A stretch of 64,000 bases of DNA from Eledone cirrhosa. Its lineage: Eukaryota. The position numbers and the translations under genes are program-made. Of the stretch, positions 44,471 through 59,175 are shown piece by piece; position 1 is the stretch's first letter; each line of letters begins with the position of its first letter. The notes under the pieces were generated by a model. The model was not told the origin of the DNA. It saw only the letters and a list, made by a program, of their open reading frames with translations, and made no database searches. The stretch is taken from the NCBI GenBank assembly GCA_964016885.1, contig OZ024751.1, forward strand, positions 33,604,001 through 33,668,000, given 5' to 3'.

Positions 44471-44629
44471 TGCATGTGTGAGGGTATATATACATGTGTA
44501 TATATATGAACGTGTGTGTGTCTGTGTGTGTGTGCGCGTGCGTGCTTGGGCATAAATACATTTATGTGAGTATATACCTTGTATGTATACATACTGTTAT
44601 ATATATACGTATATACACACGTGTATGGG

Positions 44630-44660
<31 letters not shown>

Positions 44661-46525
44661 ATATATATATATATATATTTGTAAGCAGGCGTGTTCTGTA
44701 TGTATGTATGTATATTAGTATATACAAGTATGTGTATTTTCTATATCAGTGTACTTATGTGCGTGTGTGAGTGCGCATGTGTATGTGTGTGTGTCTGTGT
44801 CTGTGTGTGTCTGTGTGTCTGTGTGTGTCTGTGTGCGTGACTGTGTAATAATTACATACGTGTAACTATGTCACACTTTACAATCATTGGCCCATATGTT
44901 TGTGTGTGTTTGTGTGTGCATGCACTTATCTATATATATATATGTGCTTGTCTGTATGCGTGTGTGTATGTGTGTGCGTGCATGCGCTTGTCTGTATATA
45001 TATATATGTGTGTGTGTGTATGCGCTTGTCTGTATATATATGTGTGTGTGTGTATACGCTTGTCTGTATATATATGTGTGTGTGTGTATGCGCTTGTCTG
45101 TATATATATATGGTGTGTGTGTATGTGCTTGTCTTTATATATTATATATGTGTATGTGCGCTTGTCTGTCTGTGTGTCTCCATCCATACCAAACTATAAA
45201 AGCTATGGACTAATGAAATAGTTGAAGATTTAAAAATATGTTTTTAATTCTTTTAGAATTGTTCTGTTACAAAAACTGTGAAGGAATAAAGTGACTTTCC
45301 ACGTCCCTGGATAATTGATAATATAATATTATTGATAACATATTGATTATATATTAATTGATTAAATGATAATTTTGATAATATAATAATAATTGATAAT
45401 ATAATAACTTTCATAATATAACTTTGATAATATAATATTTGAGATAATATAATAACTAAAACATATTTTACCCTTTACCAAACTGTATTTTAAATATGAA
45501 ATAATCGTCTTAAGATTTCCTAGATATAAATATAAAGGCTTTCTCTAGTTTTGAATCTGTAAATTATTAATTTCATAAAATACACATTTACGTTGAATTA
45601 AGTTAAATTTTAGTCTTTTTCTAGCAAAATTCTATTTCAATTTTTTGTGAATATGTTTTCTTCCATTTTTCTCTGATTAACGATCCCTGTATTTCTATGG
45701 CAGAGTGACACATATTTGAAATATTACCAAACTACCAATATTTATTTAGGGTTAATAGGAAAATGTTAAGAACTGCTAAATAAATATAAGAGAAAGAATC
45801 TGAAAAGAGAAGCTGGTGGTAGGATTAGAAGAAAATACGCAATAGACATTTCTATAGCTTCTTCTTACACTAAACTGAAACATGTAGCATTATAAACATA
45901 CAAAACATGTTAGGTTAAAGATATTTTGCTGTTTAAAAAAAGGTTAAGTTGCTCAAAGGTGTGTGTGTGTGTGTGTGAGTGTGTATGTGTGTGGGAATGC
46001 ATGGATATATCTGTGTGCGTGTGAAGCTAGTTCATTACATGTAACTACATGTTTAATACAATATATTTATTATTACTAACAATATTTATATCTCTATATC
46101 GTTATATAACTAATGACTAAGATAATTATTACAATGATACTGTCAGATGAAAATATTTTCAAAGAAAACAGGTCGGGTGAGAAAGGAAAGGAACGAAAGA
46201 GAAGAAATAATTGTGCGAAAAATAAAAATCACGCAAAGTGTGACGTGTATAAAATATAATGTAGTCATGTGGGCAGCCTTATCTAGCTTTGGCGCGTTTT
46301 ACGTCGAGATTCGCGCAATTTCCTAACTCAATCTCTTACACTCCGACTATCACCAAAGAAGAACGAAAATAACAATAAAGTTACTTCTAACGATATCCCT
46401 TAAGAAGCAGGCAGCTGATATTACGGATGGCTAAAAGCAACATAACTATTTACCCTTCTACGAAAAACAACGCCTCATTTTTTCAAATATAATTTTTAAT
46501 TTTTTAACACTAGATTATCAAAATT

Positions 46526-46556
<31 letters not shown>

Positions 46557-46562
46557 ATATAC

Positions 46563-46604
<42 letters not shown>

Positions 46605-46723
46605 ATATATATATATATATAAACAAAGTTATCTCGAATATCGAGTTTGACGTGCGAGTGTACTAGAATTCGTAGAATGATGTGAAGAAAAACTCAACGC
46701 ATCTTCTCATTATTCTACAAATA

Positions 46724-46934
<211 letters not shown>

Positions 46935-47119
46935 TAGGTAATTCCGAAGAAAAAGCAAAGGAAGAAAGAGTGCTGTATGTATAGAAGAGAGCTATTTAAG
47001 TGAACAACACAATATATAACTACCCCATTACGATTACAAACGATCTAGACGTATATTGTCTATATATAACCTTTGAGGTATTATAAATAACCATATGCAT
47101 ACACACTGATACCCACACA

Positions 47120-47156
<37 letters not shown>

Positions 47157-47167
47157 ACACACACACT

Positions 47168-47258
<91 letters not shown>

Positions 47259-47595
47259 ACGCACACAAACACACACACACAAACGTAAACTTCTTAAAAC
47301 TAAAGTGATTTTTGAAAAGTTGTTTGGCAAAGAAGACTTTGTTGGAAGAGCTTGAGGCAATGTCGATATAAAGGTGAGATGTTTCCATAAGACAAACAAT
47401 AGGCTATTTTCTTACTTCTGTAATCAATACATTCCCAGGATTCCACCAGCAATAGATGTCGACCTACATTCCCCCCTACCCGAACCCCCGGGCCAGCTCT
47501 CACTCCGAGAGAATAGACTCTCTCACCACCAGAACAATGTACTCCTCGCCCCACCCAACCTGAATTTTTATGTATCTACTTCTCTCCCTTTCTTT

Positions 47596-48030
47596 TTCTT
47601 CTTCTTCTTCTTCTTCTTCTTCTTCTTCTTCTTCTTCTTCTTCTTCTTCTTTTTGCCAACTTATTCCTGAGAGGGTCATGGGGTCAGAGTTCTCAAACAA
47701 TCCTTCAGCGGGTCCTGTCAGAAGCAACCGTCTCCAACTGATCCGGCTGGATCCCCAAGTGAGACAGCCAAGCTCATGGATGTTATCCAATCATCTTGCT
47801 CGAGGTCTACCCCTGGGTCTCCCTCCTGTCGGTTGGTTTGCCCATAAAATCTGTCCAGCGATTCTAACCACGTGCCTATAGATGCGAAACTATGATCTCT
47901 CAATTTGTAGAAGTAGCAGCTCAACCTGGAGTGACTCTCTCATCTCCGAGCTAAGCACTTTATCAAGTAACGTTACATCAAAGACCCATCGGAGGAACCC
48001 CATTTCGGCCGCTTGTAATCGCTATCATAT
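47596..48030 (-). mobile_element. RTE LINE 3' fragment with (GAA)n tail
   Basis: Decayed HVVR...ILWANQPTGGRPRGRPRAR*LDNIHELG followed by a (GAA)n run on the minus strand. Confidence 0.75.
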
Positions 48031-48224
48031 ACTGTTTTTCTTTAATTTGACCTATATGGGGGTAAATCAAGGATTTACCTAATAAGCTGTAACTGGCCCC
48101 GTCTCTCACCTGACCATATCTAAACACGGGAGTTTCTTCTACGTTATGTGGAATGAGACACTTTCACTAACGTGTGTTACATTGGTAATTATTTATTATT
48201 TATGGCATATAGTTACGGCCCTTT

Positions 48225-48372
48225 ATGGTCTGAGTTCAAATCCCGCCAAGGTTAACTTTACCTTTCATCCTTACGGGATCGATAAAGAAAGCACCAGTAA
48301 TGCACTGGGTCGATTTTATCGACTTTCCTCTCCCCTTCAAATTGTTGGCCTTGTGCCTAAATCAGAAATCAT
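48225..48372 (+). mobile_element. Meta-SINE, 5' truncated
   Basis: B box, Meta core and 3' GGCCTTGTGCCTAAA. Confidence 0.8.
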
Positions 48373-48433
48373 TATTAATTTATTTGTTATTAATTTTTGT
48401 TTGAAATCTAAGTTGAGGTTCTGCTATTGTCAG

Positions 48434-48772
48434 GAATATAAGACAGGCCATTCCAAAGACATAATATAAGACGGGTCATTCCAAAGACATAATATAAGAC
48501 AGGCCATTCCAAAGACATAATATAAGACGGGTCATTCCAAAGACATAATATAAGACGGGTCATTCCAAAGACATAATATAAGACGGGTCATTCCAAAGAC
48601 ATAATATACGACGGGTCATTCCAAAGACATAATATAAGACAGGCCATTTCAAAGACATAATATAAGACAGGCCATTCCAAAGACATAATATAAGACGGGT
48701 CATTCCAAAGACATAATATAAGACAGGCCATTCCAAAGACATAATATAAGACAGGTCATTCCAAAGACATAA
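48434..48772. repeat. 28-bp minisatellite, ~12 copies
   Basis: CATTCCAAAGACATAATATAAGACGGGT. Confidence 0.95.
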
Positions 48773-49481
48773 TTCTTCAGTGACACCACCTTACTATTAG
48801 ATAATCAATATACAATTATTGCCAGTTTATATATCTATAGTTATATATTATCTTCTTAACCAATTGCTTATATTCAAAATTTGATAATTTTCTAGAGAAA
48901 ATAAAAAATAAAATTGGTGACTGTTTGGTAGGAGAGAGAAAATATGAAAATTATTCTTTAGGGAAAATATATTAAATTATAATTTCTATTTTGTTTTATA
49001 AATTCCATTTGTTTTTTTTATTTGGCAACATTTTCATAACCAATTCTTCAACATATTTAATTTCATGTTTGCATTTCATTTGCTTTATTATATTAAACAA
49101 TAAGATATGTTGAGAAGAAGAATTAAAACAAAGGGGGAGGAAAGAAAAAAGAAGAGAGAAATGGAGTTTTTCGGTAGAAATCCTGTTTTTTTGGGGGGAG
49201 AGGGTTCTGTTGTCGGAAGAAGACGATAATCCTCCAAGAATGCTGGAAGAAATGGAAGAAATACGAGAAACAAAAGACCAAAGTAAATTGATGTAAGAAT
49301 AAAATAGAAACCTGTTCACATTAAAGAAGTTTTTTTCGCTATTTTACTTTGAAATATTTCTATATTTCAGGTACTGTACTTGTTAGACAGGTAAAATGAG
49401 GGAATTCATTTCATTGGAATCAATTACATCCCGAAGAGGTTATGATAGCAGACTTTAAAACACCTGTGTGAGCACACATAC

Positions 49482-49555
<74 letters not shown>

Positions 49556-49877
49556 TAAAGTATGTTTTGAAACAGTGAGCAGGTTTGAAATGAGAAAATA
49601 GAATAGCTTTCACCGTATTTTTGGACTAAAGAAATACGGTGAAAGCTATATATATATATGTATATATATGTATATATATATATATATATGAAAAAAGTTT
49701 GTCCTTCATCAGTGATCTTCCAACCATCATAGGCATTTCATCGCTTTAAAGACCATATACCTCTGGTTGGTGCGAGCAACGGCTAAAAAAAGTCGTTGGG
49801 ACACGTAAATAAAGGGGACGCGAGGGTAAACAAACAAAATGGTGAAGCAACAGAAAGTGAGGAATATATATATATAT

Positions 49878-50154
49878 ATATAAGATCAAAAGATGGTTAA
49901 AAGAGTTCCATGTATTTTATTATGCGCATTTCAAAAACAAATATCATCATGCGATGACATTTGCGTTTTCGTCAGATAAAATAGGGAGACATGATATGAT
50001 GATATTTGTTTTTGAAATGCGCCTAATAAAATACATGGAACTCTTTTAACCATCTTTTGATCTTATATATTATTTATACTCCAGTCCTACAAACTGTAGA
50101 GTGCTACTTATCCGATATCTGCATTGCTTTATTGTACTACAATAAAACTCACCT

Positions 50155-50160
<6 letters not shown>
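49878..50160. mobile_element. Palindromic pLTR relic (70-bp arms 49881-49950/49996-50065 plus tail) in (TA)n
   Basis: Inverted repeat containing a hammerhead. A same-family copy lies in opposite orientation at 56465-56615. Confidence 0.75.
49913..49983 (-). ncRNA. Type I hammerhead ribozyme (complete core)
   Basis: Minus strand: stem I TATTTTAT/ATAAAATA, CTGACGA, 16-position stem II (one mismatch) with GCAT loop, GAAA, palindromic stem III TGCGCA, AUA cleavage triplet. Confidence 0.85.
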
Positions 50161-50218
<58 letters not shown>

Positions 50219-50227
50219 GGTGGTAGT

Positions 50228-50316
<89 letters not shown>

Positions 50317-50759
50317 CAGCAGCAGCAGCAGCAGTCGTAGTAGTAGTAGTAGTAGCAGCAGCAGCAGTAGTAGTAGTAGTAGTAGTAGAAGCAGTAATAG
50401 TAGTATTCTTACATAAACAACTGTGTGCTAAACGAAATCCTCTGACATTGTTCCAATCGTTTCTGTTTTTCACCATTCACGAAAATCTTCAAACATTAAA
50501 TCTACCAAATATTTACCTATAACATACTTGTGTTAGTAAATCAAAGATGTTGGTTTGTGTAGAATATCGATCTGTTAGTCTCGTCTGGCTGTCTTCTGTA
50601 ATATCAATGAGAAGCTATCGGCCAACTGAGAAGGCAGATAATTATATATGGACGTCTATTCAGAGAAAGTCTTCTTGGAATAAAGATTCTAACCTTGCTA
50701 AACGGTATGACGCATGTAGGACATGGAACCTGCCTTACTATCGTCATTTCTCTAGTGTG

Positions 50760-50831
<72 letters not shown>

Positions 50832-50923
50832 GAGAGAGGGAGTGAGTATATATATATATTGTATATAGGATATAGATATATAAATATATACATACATATA
50901 TACAATCATGTACACACACACAG

Positions 50924-50982
<59 letters not shown>

Positions 50983-52224
50983 TGTGTGTGTGTGTGTGTG
51001 TGCGTCTGTGTGTGTGTGCTACATTACATCAACTGCCATAAATGAATATCTAAACTCTACTTCGGTATTGAATACTCCTTGCCATGTATTTCACGGTAGT
51101 TATATACAATAACGGCAGATCTACTACAAATGTATGTCACCAAATAATTCATCTTCACTCTTCCATTGACACAACTAAAGTTATACAACTTGAAATATTG
51201 CACGACATCAGCGGGTGTTTAAAGTGTGTTGAGATTTTGTTGACAGGATCTAGCTAGGATTACCCTCTGTTGACAGGATCTAGTTGGAATTCCCCTCCGT
51301 TGACAAGATCTAGTTGGAATTCCCCTCTGTTGACAGAATCTAGCTGGAATTCCCCTCTGTTGATATATATCTACTACATGACACTCTCTACCAACCCCCC
51401 TCTCTATATCAATTAGCACCAAACTCTCCATCTCTCTATATCTACTACACGGCACTCTCTTCCAATCCCCCTCTCTATATCAATTAGCACCAAACTCTCC
51501 TCCTCTCTATATCTACTACACGGCACTCTCTTCGAATACCCCTCTCTCTATTAATTAGCATCTAGCTGTCGAAACGGCCGGAGCTCAGCCGTCGGGGTCC
51601 CGACTCTTTTCCTCTCTCTCTCTCTATATATATATATATGCGTGTATGCGCGCGCGTGTGTGTGTATTGTTGCAAGAGAGCTGAAATTCAGTTTGCTTGG
51701 GACATCAGCCACCCCCGGGCCAGTATCTGTATTTTATAGATACAAGACAGGTTCTAGGATTGATTCAAACTATTCTATTCTTACTTGTAACCATGTATCC
51801 TTTTAACCAAATTTCTGGACCTTTACCAAAGCTAGAGATCAATATTCACCAAGTCAAAAACCTATTCTTCAATTGATTGGTTTGTCTTCTTCGACTAGTC
51901 TCCACCAAACCTCCCTTATTAATCGATTCCCAGTTTTTCTATGGATCCTCTCGTTTGGGGAAGGTTTATCGCTACTTCCTTTCTTTGTCTGCTTCTTACG
52001 TCGATTCTCCAATAATTTCTGTGAATAGCCAGCCTCTAGTTGGTTCACTGATGTCATTATATGATGGTTCCCTCTTTTATTGAGGATGGGTTTGGTGGTG
52101 GAGGTGGTGGTGGTGGTGGTGGTGGTGGTGGTGGTGGTGGTGGTGGTGGGAGGAGAAGGGCAGTATAATGTCTTTTATTGGCATACACCTCTTTATGTAC
52201 ATATAGCATCGATGTCTCCTTTCA

Positions 52225-52225
52225 A

Positions 52226-52256
<31 letters not shown>

Positions 52257-53105
52257 TGAGAGTGAGTGAGAGAGAGTGAGTGAGAGAAAGAGTGAGAGAG
52301 AGTGAGTGAGAGAGTGAGAGAGAGAGAGAGTGAGAGTGAGAGTGAGTGAGAGAAAGAATGAGAGAGAGTGAGTTATAGTGAGAGAGAGAGAGAGAGAGAG
52401 TGAGTGAGAGAGCGAGAGAGAGAGTGAGAGAGAGAGAGTGAGTGAGAGAGTGAGTGAGAAAGTGGGAGAGAGAGTGAGAGAGAGAGAGTGAGAGAGAGAG
52501 TGAGTGAGAGAGAGAGTGAGTGAGAGAGAGTGAGTGAGAGAGAGTGGGTGAGAGAGTGAGAGAGAGTGAGTGAGTGAGAGAGTGAGAGAGAGAGTGAGTG
52601 AGAAAGTGAGAGAGAGGGAGGCAGAGAGAGAGGGGGGAGAGAGAAAGAGGCAGAGAGAATTCAACTGTCTTCCCTTTATCAATAGTGTTTCCTTCAAGAG
52701 AGAGAGAGGAAGAGATAGAGAGATAGAGAGAGAGGGGGAGAGAGAGACAGAGTGAAAGAGAGAGAGGAAGAGATAGAGAGATAGAGAGAGGGAGAGAGGG
52801 AGAGAGAGGGGGGAGGGAGAGAGAGAGACACATACAAAGAGGGAGAGAGATATGAAGGGGTTGATAGAGAACCCAACTATATTGCCTTTATCAACAGTGT
52901 TTCCTTCAAGAGAGAAAGGAAGATATATATATATAGAGAGAGAGGGAGGGAGAGATAGGGAGAGAGACACAGAGAGATAGAGAGAGAGAGAGAGGGGAGA
53001 GAGATAGGGAGAGAGACACAGAGAGATAGAGAGAGAGAGAGAGAGAGGGGGGAGAGATAGGGAGAGAGACACAGAGAGATAGAGAGAGAGAGAGAGAGAG
53101 GGAAA
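52225..53105. repeat. Compound (GA)n/(GAGT)n purine tract
   Basis: Direct inspection. Confidence 0.9.
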
Positions 53106-53544
53106 GAGATCTAAAGGAGGTGATAGAGAACTCCACCATTTTGCCTTATAACAGCAAATCCTCAAATATTTTAATCAATTCAGTAACTTTTGATTTCACA
53201 TTTTCGACAAAAATTCTATTTGTTGTTATTGTTTAACCCTTGGTCAGCCACCTTCGAGCAGATGTGTGATCGAATACATTCCAGCCATGGCCATACAGTC
53301 TTTTATCTAGGATAGGCTCCCAAAAATATAATATAGTAAATTGAAAATATATCGATTAACTAAGACTATGTTGGCAAATAACGGTACCAGATAGGTAGGA
53401 TGGTTGGAAGCTGGCTCTCTGAACTCTGGGTTTATATTCTATGGAGCTCAACTTTACCTTTTATCATCTCAAAGGTCGATAAATAAAGTACGGGAGTCGA
53501 TTCTCCCTCTATGTCTTTCTTACTTCTCTCTATATCTATATCTA

Positions 53545-53707
<163 letters not shown>

Positions 53708-53744
53708 ATTAAATAAATGGAAACTATATTTATAAAACCATATT

Positions 53745-53810
53745 TATTTCATTATATATATTTCAGGGATATCATATTAACAATATGTTATGCCTTCTTC
53801 AGACAAAATA
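53745..53810 (-). ncRNA. Mirror-image hammerhead in left arm of palindrome
   Basis: Reverse complement of 53958-54023. Confidence 0.75.
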
Positions 53811-53957
53811 CAATATAAACAGTCTTATAAATAAATAGATACGACATACGTTTCAATCGACTTGCATTTGGGAGGTTGATTTGGCAAATCAACCTCCCAA
53901 ATGCAAGTCGATTGAAAGGTATGTCGTATCTATTTATTTATAAGACTGTTTATATTG

Positions 53958-54023
53958 TATTTTGTCTGAAGAAGGCATAACATATTGTTAATATGATATC
54001 CCTGAAATATATATAATGAAATA
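53958..54023 (+). ncRNA. Type I hammerhead ribozyme in right arm of palindrome
   Basis: Stem I TATTTTGT/ATGAAATA, CTGAAGA, stem II AGG..CATATT-GTT-AATATG..CCT, GAAA, palindromic TATATA, AUA triplet. Confidence 0.75.
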
Positions 54024-54281
54024 AATATGGTTTTATAAATATAGTTTCCATTTATTTAATATCATAAATATACTCCAAATACTTGTTGAGTGCTTTTATA
54101 TCAGTTATAAATATTTACTCGTTGTTAACCCAACAATTTAAATATAACTTTCCATGTATATATATATATATTATACATACATATCCTTTTTTGTCGTAGC
54201 GCAAAGTTACGGGACATAAACAGACATAGAAAAGGTAAAATTAGATGCGAACACACACACATGTGTAGACAGAAACTGTCC

Positions 54282-54316
<35 letters not shown>

Positions 54317-54324
54317 TATCATTA

Positions 54325-55468
54325 TTTACCATTTTTTCTCCAAAGAGGAGCCAGAACCAAATGGAAAAAATTGTAAATAAATAGTAAATAATGATACAAA
54401 TGGGACCTGCCCCTGATATAGGAGCAAATATTGGAATAGAATAGAAAGAACTAGGAATAAGGTTAATAGAATAAGCTCATGGTATGATAGCAATAAATAC
54501 CAGAGTGTAATGTTCATCAATACAACCCCTAGAGGTGAATTAGCTTACAAATTTAGAAGGGCCCTAGATAAACTTAAACTAAGTATTAAGATAGTAGAAA
54601 GACCAGGTACCTCCATAAAAACACTTATTAGTAATACATACCCTTTTCAAAGACCTCCCTGTATAGATAAGACATGCATAATCTGTAAACAACTAAGACC
54701 CAATATTAACTGTAAAACTAGAAACATAGTATATAGCATAAGATGTACTGAAGGACAATGTAAAGATAAGAATATAGTGTACATAGGTGAGATAGCTCGT
54801 AGTATAGGAGAACGATTAAGTGAACACTGGCGAGAACTTCAAGATAGAAAAGAATCATCAGTACTCCACCAACATGCTAAAATAGAACATAAGGGCAAAT
54901 TAGAGAACATAGAAATAAAAATAGAATTTACACACAGAAAAGACGCAATGTTTAGACAAATCACAGAGGCAATAAACATAAATAAACTCCAACCAAAATT
55001 AAATAGAAAACATGAATGGAATAGCAACATCACAACTTACAATTAAGGACAAAATGAAAACACACACACATAGAACAAACAACCAACCAGTAACATGTAA
55101 ATAAACAAATAAATAAACAAATAAAAACACACACAGACACCCGGATGTAACACATGCGCAAACTAAGCACACAACACACACAAAAACAAGATGGCGTAGG
55201 ACAGAACAAAGGAGAGGCACAAAACAAAAAAAAGAATCCCCAGTCACTGAAGAGGTCACAGAATGTGTGACGAAAGAACTTTGACAATATATGAACAACC
55301 GTCCGGTTATGGAACCAACCAACCAGCCGGAAATTTATAAATTTAATTTATAATAAATTGGAGTGAAAGTAACTAGTGCGTGTGTTTCTTATTGGCAACA
55401 TGACCCTCCCAAAGCATAATAATATCGGTTTCAACATAAAGAATCTTGCTAAACAAATTCAGAAACGA
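54325..55468 (+). mobile_element. Second copy of the same Penelope-like element (endonuclease, pLTR and tail)
   Basis: GIY-YIG ORF 54510-55046 near-identical to 37973-38587. Tail 55370-55468 matches 39660-39772. Confidence 0.92.
55243..55285 (+). ncRNA. Minimal hammerhead-like motif in Penelope pLTR
   Basis: GTCA-CTGAAGA-G-GTCACA/TGTGAC-GAAA-GAAC-TT-TGAC. The paralogue at 37734-37776 (minus) has GAAT in place of GAAA. Confidence 0.65.
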
Positions 55469-56244
55469 TATATAGATATACATATATACATATATATATA
55501 TATACAAGTAAATAATCGAGAATCAGAATCTCGGCCCACGAAATAATTGTTTCTACTTTAGGCACAAGGCCAGCTATTACCCAGTGCATTACTGGTACTT
55601 TAAAACAATCTTCGACATGTGTGGCAGAGGGCTCAATAGTTTGGATGAACCAGAGCTATAACTATCGTTAAAATACCAACACATAGAGACGATGCCTAGA
55701 TCATTCGCACAGCCGAAAAAAACGACCAGGAAAATTCGGGTCGCTCAAATAATAAATTAATAAATTAATAAATTAAATGATACTTATATATACGCGCAAG
55801 GTACTTCTACAGCTGTTAAATAGTGCGAGAGAAGACAGCCCAGCATGGTGCCGGGTGGCGGGAAAACACCCTGGGTTTAAGTAAGAGGTTAAAGTCACCA
55901 TTCCAGTAATGAAGGAGGTTTACAAAGCTTGGATTGGAAATAAATCCTCCATCTTACTCTTGTGGTGTAAACAGGGGAAAAGTCCGAGTAGAGATAAAGA
56001 TATCAAATGTTAAGATATAGGAGGACATTAGGGTGAAGTTGGAGTCTAACTTTACATCAACAAATAAAGTAACTAGAAGTCCGAGTAGGGACAGTAAAGA
56101 TATATATATGTATATATATATGTTTGTATGTGTGTGTGTGTGTATATATACAGTATGTATGTATGTGTGTATATATGTATGTTTGTGTGTGTGTGTATGT
56201 TTACATTTATGTGCGTGTATATATACAATATTAAATATACATGT

Positions 56245-56303
<59 letters not shown>

Positions 56304-56414
56304 CGTGTCATATTTGAGATAATCGCAAACAATAGTAATATTTAATGAGAATAAATTTAACTTACGAAGGTCGGCTGAAAAGTTCATATACAGACTTGTA
56401 TATATATACACACG

Positions 56415-56464
<50 letters not shown>

Positions 56465-56469
<5 letters not shown>

Positions 56470-56615
56470 GAGGTGAGTTTTATTGTAGCACAATAAAGCG
56501 ATGCAAATATCGGATAAGTAGCACTCTACAATTTGTAGGACTGGAGTATAAATAATATAAGATCAAAAGATGGTTAAAATACTAGGAACTCTTTTAACCA
56601 TCTTTTGATCTTATA
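56465..56615. mobile_element. Shorter copy of the 49878-50160 family (tail plus 24-bp inverted repeat) in (TA)n
   Basis: Reverse complement of about 50045-50155, followed by an inverted copy of TATAAGATCAAAAGATGGTTAAAA. Confidence 0.75.
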
Positions 56616-56636
56616 TATATATATATATATATATAC

Positions 56637-56710
<74 letters not shown>

Positions 56711-56959
56711 TGGTATAAACTTGGTATAAATATCCAAGGGTAAGAGCACTCAGTCCATAAGTAATGTCACTGTTGTAACTAATTATATATATATAACTGT
56801 AGATTGAAGAGACTGGATGGTGGATGTTGAAGGATGAACCATTTAAAACTTGGCCATAAACAGTAAAAACTTTTCCACCTAAAATATTGATGTTCTCCAT
56901 TTATAGATAAAACAATGAAATGGTTTTCAATTTCGTCTGATTCTCATCCAATAACGATG

Positions 56960-57250
56960 TTGCAGACGACAATGTTGATGACGATGGCGGCGATGGCGAT
57001 AGTGGTGAAGACGGTGGCGGTAATGATGACGGTGGCGGTGGTGATGAGGGTGAAGACGGTGGCGGTGACGGTGACGATGGTGATGGCGAGGATGACGGCG
57101 GCGATGGTGATGGCGATGATGACGACGACGATGGCGGCGATGGTGGTGATAATGATGATGACGACGACGGCGGAGGCGATGATGGTGATAATGATGATGA
57201 CGGCGACGATGGTGATGATGATAACGATGATGATAGTGACGACGACGACA
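56960..57250. repeat. Degenerate GAT/GAC/GGC trinucleotide tract
   Basis: Direct inspection. Confidence 0.85.
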
Positions 57251-57904
57251 ATTTAAATATTTTGTTATATTGATTTATTTCACAAATATATGTATATTGA
57301 TTTATTTATTCATAATTAAATATAATTATCATTAGGAACAGCACCAAATTACTGGCAACGAGGTCTGCTAGAAATAGCAGCCTATTATCCCTCAAATCAC
57401 ACAATGACTTACAGCTAAACAACAAAAACTACCACAATAACAACAACAACCATAACAACAACAACAACAACAACAACAACCATGATAACAACAAAACAAC
57501 CATAACAAATTAGTGTGATACAACAATGTCACGCTGTAAAACAACCAACGTAAATATTTGTTAAATAGGGTGGAGAGATGGAAGGAGAGATGGAGAGAGA
57601 CAGAGAGAGACAGGTGTCAGTAATCAACATAAACAATAGCTTATATATAAACTGTTGTTTACAGTCTATATATAAAGTATTGTTTATATATCCTGGACTC
57701 CCAAAATTAATCCTGTTCAATGGTTTCGCCGTCATTTATTGACAACACCAGTATATTATTGTTTCAACGAGAGAATTCAAGGGGAGATAATAAATATTTT
57801 GCGTCATAACACAATTACTTCCCTTGCATTATAGTGGAAAGGTAGAACTTTTTTTGTTTTGTTTTTAGTTTTTTTTTACAGTTGTGAGAATCTAAGACAT
57901 GAAA

Positions 57905-58110
57905 ATAATTATTTCTGCTATAGAAACAAGATCTGAAATTCAAAAGAGGAAGAAAATCGATTAAATCGATGTTCCAGTACTTTACTGGTATTTTATTTTA
58001 TTGACACCGGAAGAATGAAAAGCAAAGTTGACCTCAGGATGTAAAGAGCCGGAACAAATATTGCTAGGAATTTGTCCGGTGCTTGAACGTTTCTTTCAAT
58101 CCATCGCCGC
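57905..58110 (-). mobile_element. Old Meta-SINE copy
   Basis: Diverged similarity to 74-263. Further fragments at ~32480, 37410-37530, 40765, 53420-53495, 55545 and 60745-60850. Confidence 0.6.
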
Positions 58111-58847
58111 ATCTGAGACATTAAAATAGTTTACAGAAAAAAAGTTGCGTGGATTCTTGTAACCTGATTAATTAGTTGTCATACTGTGGTGCCCTCTATA
58201 GTGAAGAGTCAGGGTAGATAACTGCTGTCAGTATTAACCACTTCATTATGACAGTCAAGCACACTGTCATAATGAAACAGCAGATATTTCATAACAAACA
58301 ATAACAAATACAATATTTAATACTACTTCTTTATATTCATCTTATTACCAGTAAATAACATTCTACATTTCCTGCCATTCAGAGAAAAAAAGATGATTCG
58401 TATGATTTGTCAGAGAGAAATAAGATATATTTATTTTAATACATAAATGTCGTGTCATAACTTTACAGTTCTTCCTCACACCTTTGTTAATACATTTGAA
58501 CTATTTACCTATTTAATTATTTATTTATCTATCTATTGACCACATCTCAACATTACAACATAACATAACACAATACATAACATTCATTCAGATTATATTA
58601 AACCAAAGCAACTATATTCTTTATGTTATCATGAATCAATTTATGGTATTCCACACTGTCAATATTTGGAAAGCAACTCTGAAGAATTACAGCACAACTA
58701 AGTTGAAACGAACACCCCGCCTCGCTTCTTTTTCTTCTTCTTCAAGATTTGAATAATTGATGTCGACTTCTTATCAACACTTTACTATTTCTTCACCATC
58801 TCTCTCGTCCATAATTGTCAAATTTGGACAAAACTATTTCGGCATTG

Positions 58848-59175
58848 ATGCTTTTCCCGCTGGACAACACATTATTGTTGGAAGATGGTCAACGTTCGGT
58901 GAGTGTGGTCGAGCAAGGATTGACATCACGTCAGCTAGTTAACATAAGTCTCAATGGCTCTTCGGCTTCAACTCTCTTGTTTTCTAGACTATTACCGTCC
59001 CGTGCCAATAACAGCCGGCATTCACACCAAGTGCCTGCCTCAACCCGTCTTCCATCGGACACAACTGAAGCGAAACTTCTCATGGATGTCCGTTGTTCTC
59101 CTGGAGATTTACTCGGACCTTTGGGTCTCTTTGTTCAAGCCCTGTTGGCTTTCCTCGCTTTCACCACACTCATAG
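58848..59175 (+). CDS. STIMATE: STIMATE/TMEM110 (store-operated Ca2+ entry regulator) first coding exon; remaining exons not found in window
   Basis: Ends in RCSPGDLLGPLGLFVQALLAFLAFTTLI, matching human [28 protein letters not shown] (recalled sequence), followed by phase-1 donor G|GTAAAT. The start codon is uncertain; the first in-frame ATG is 58848. Confidence 0.8.

Noticed and set aside
49090-49300. Purine-rich coding-looking stretch (also 29800-30230 and 51869-52057)
   Set aside because: Short frames with stops, no recognisable domain, and no consistent splice phase.
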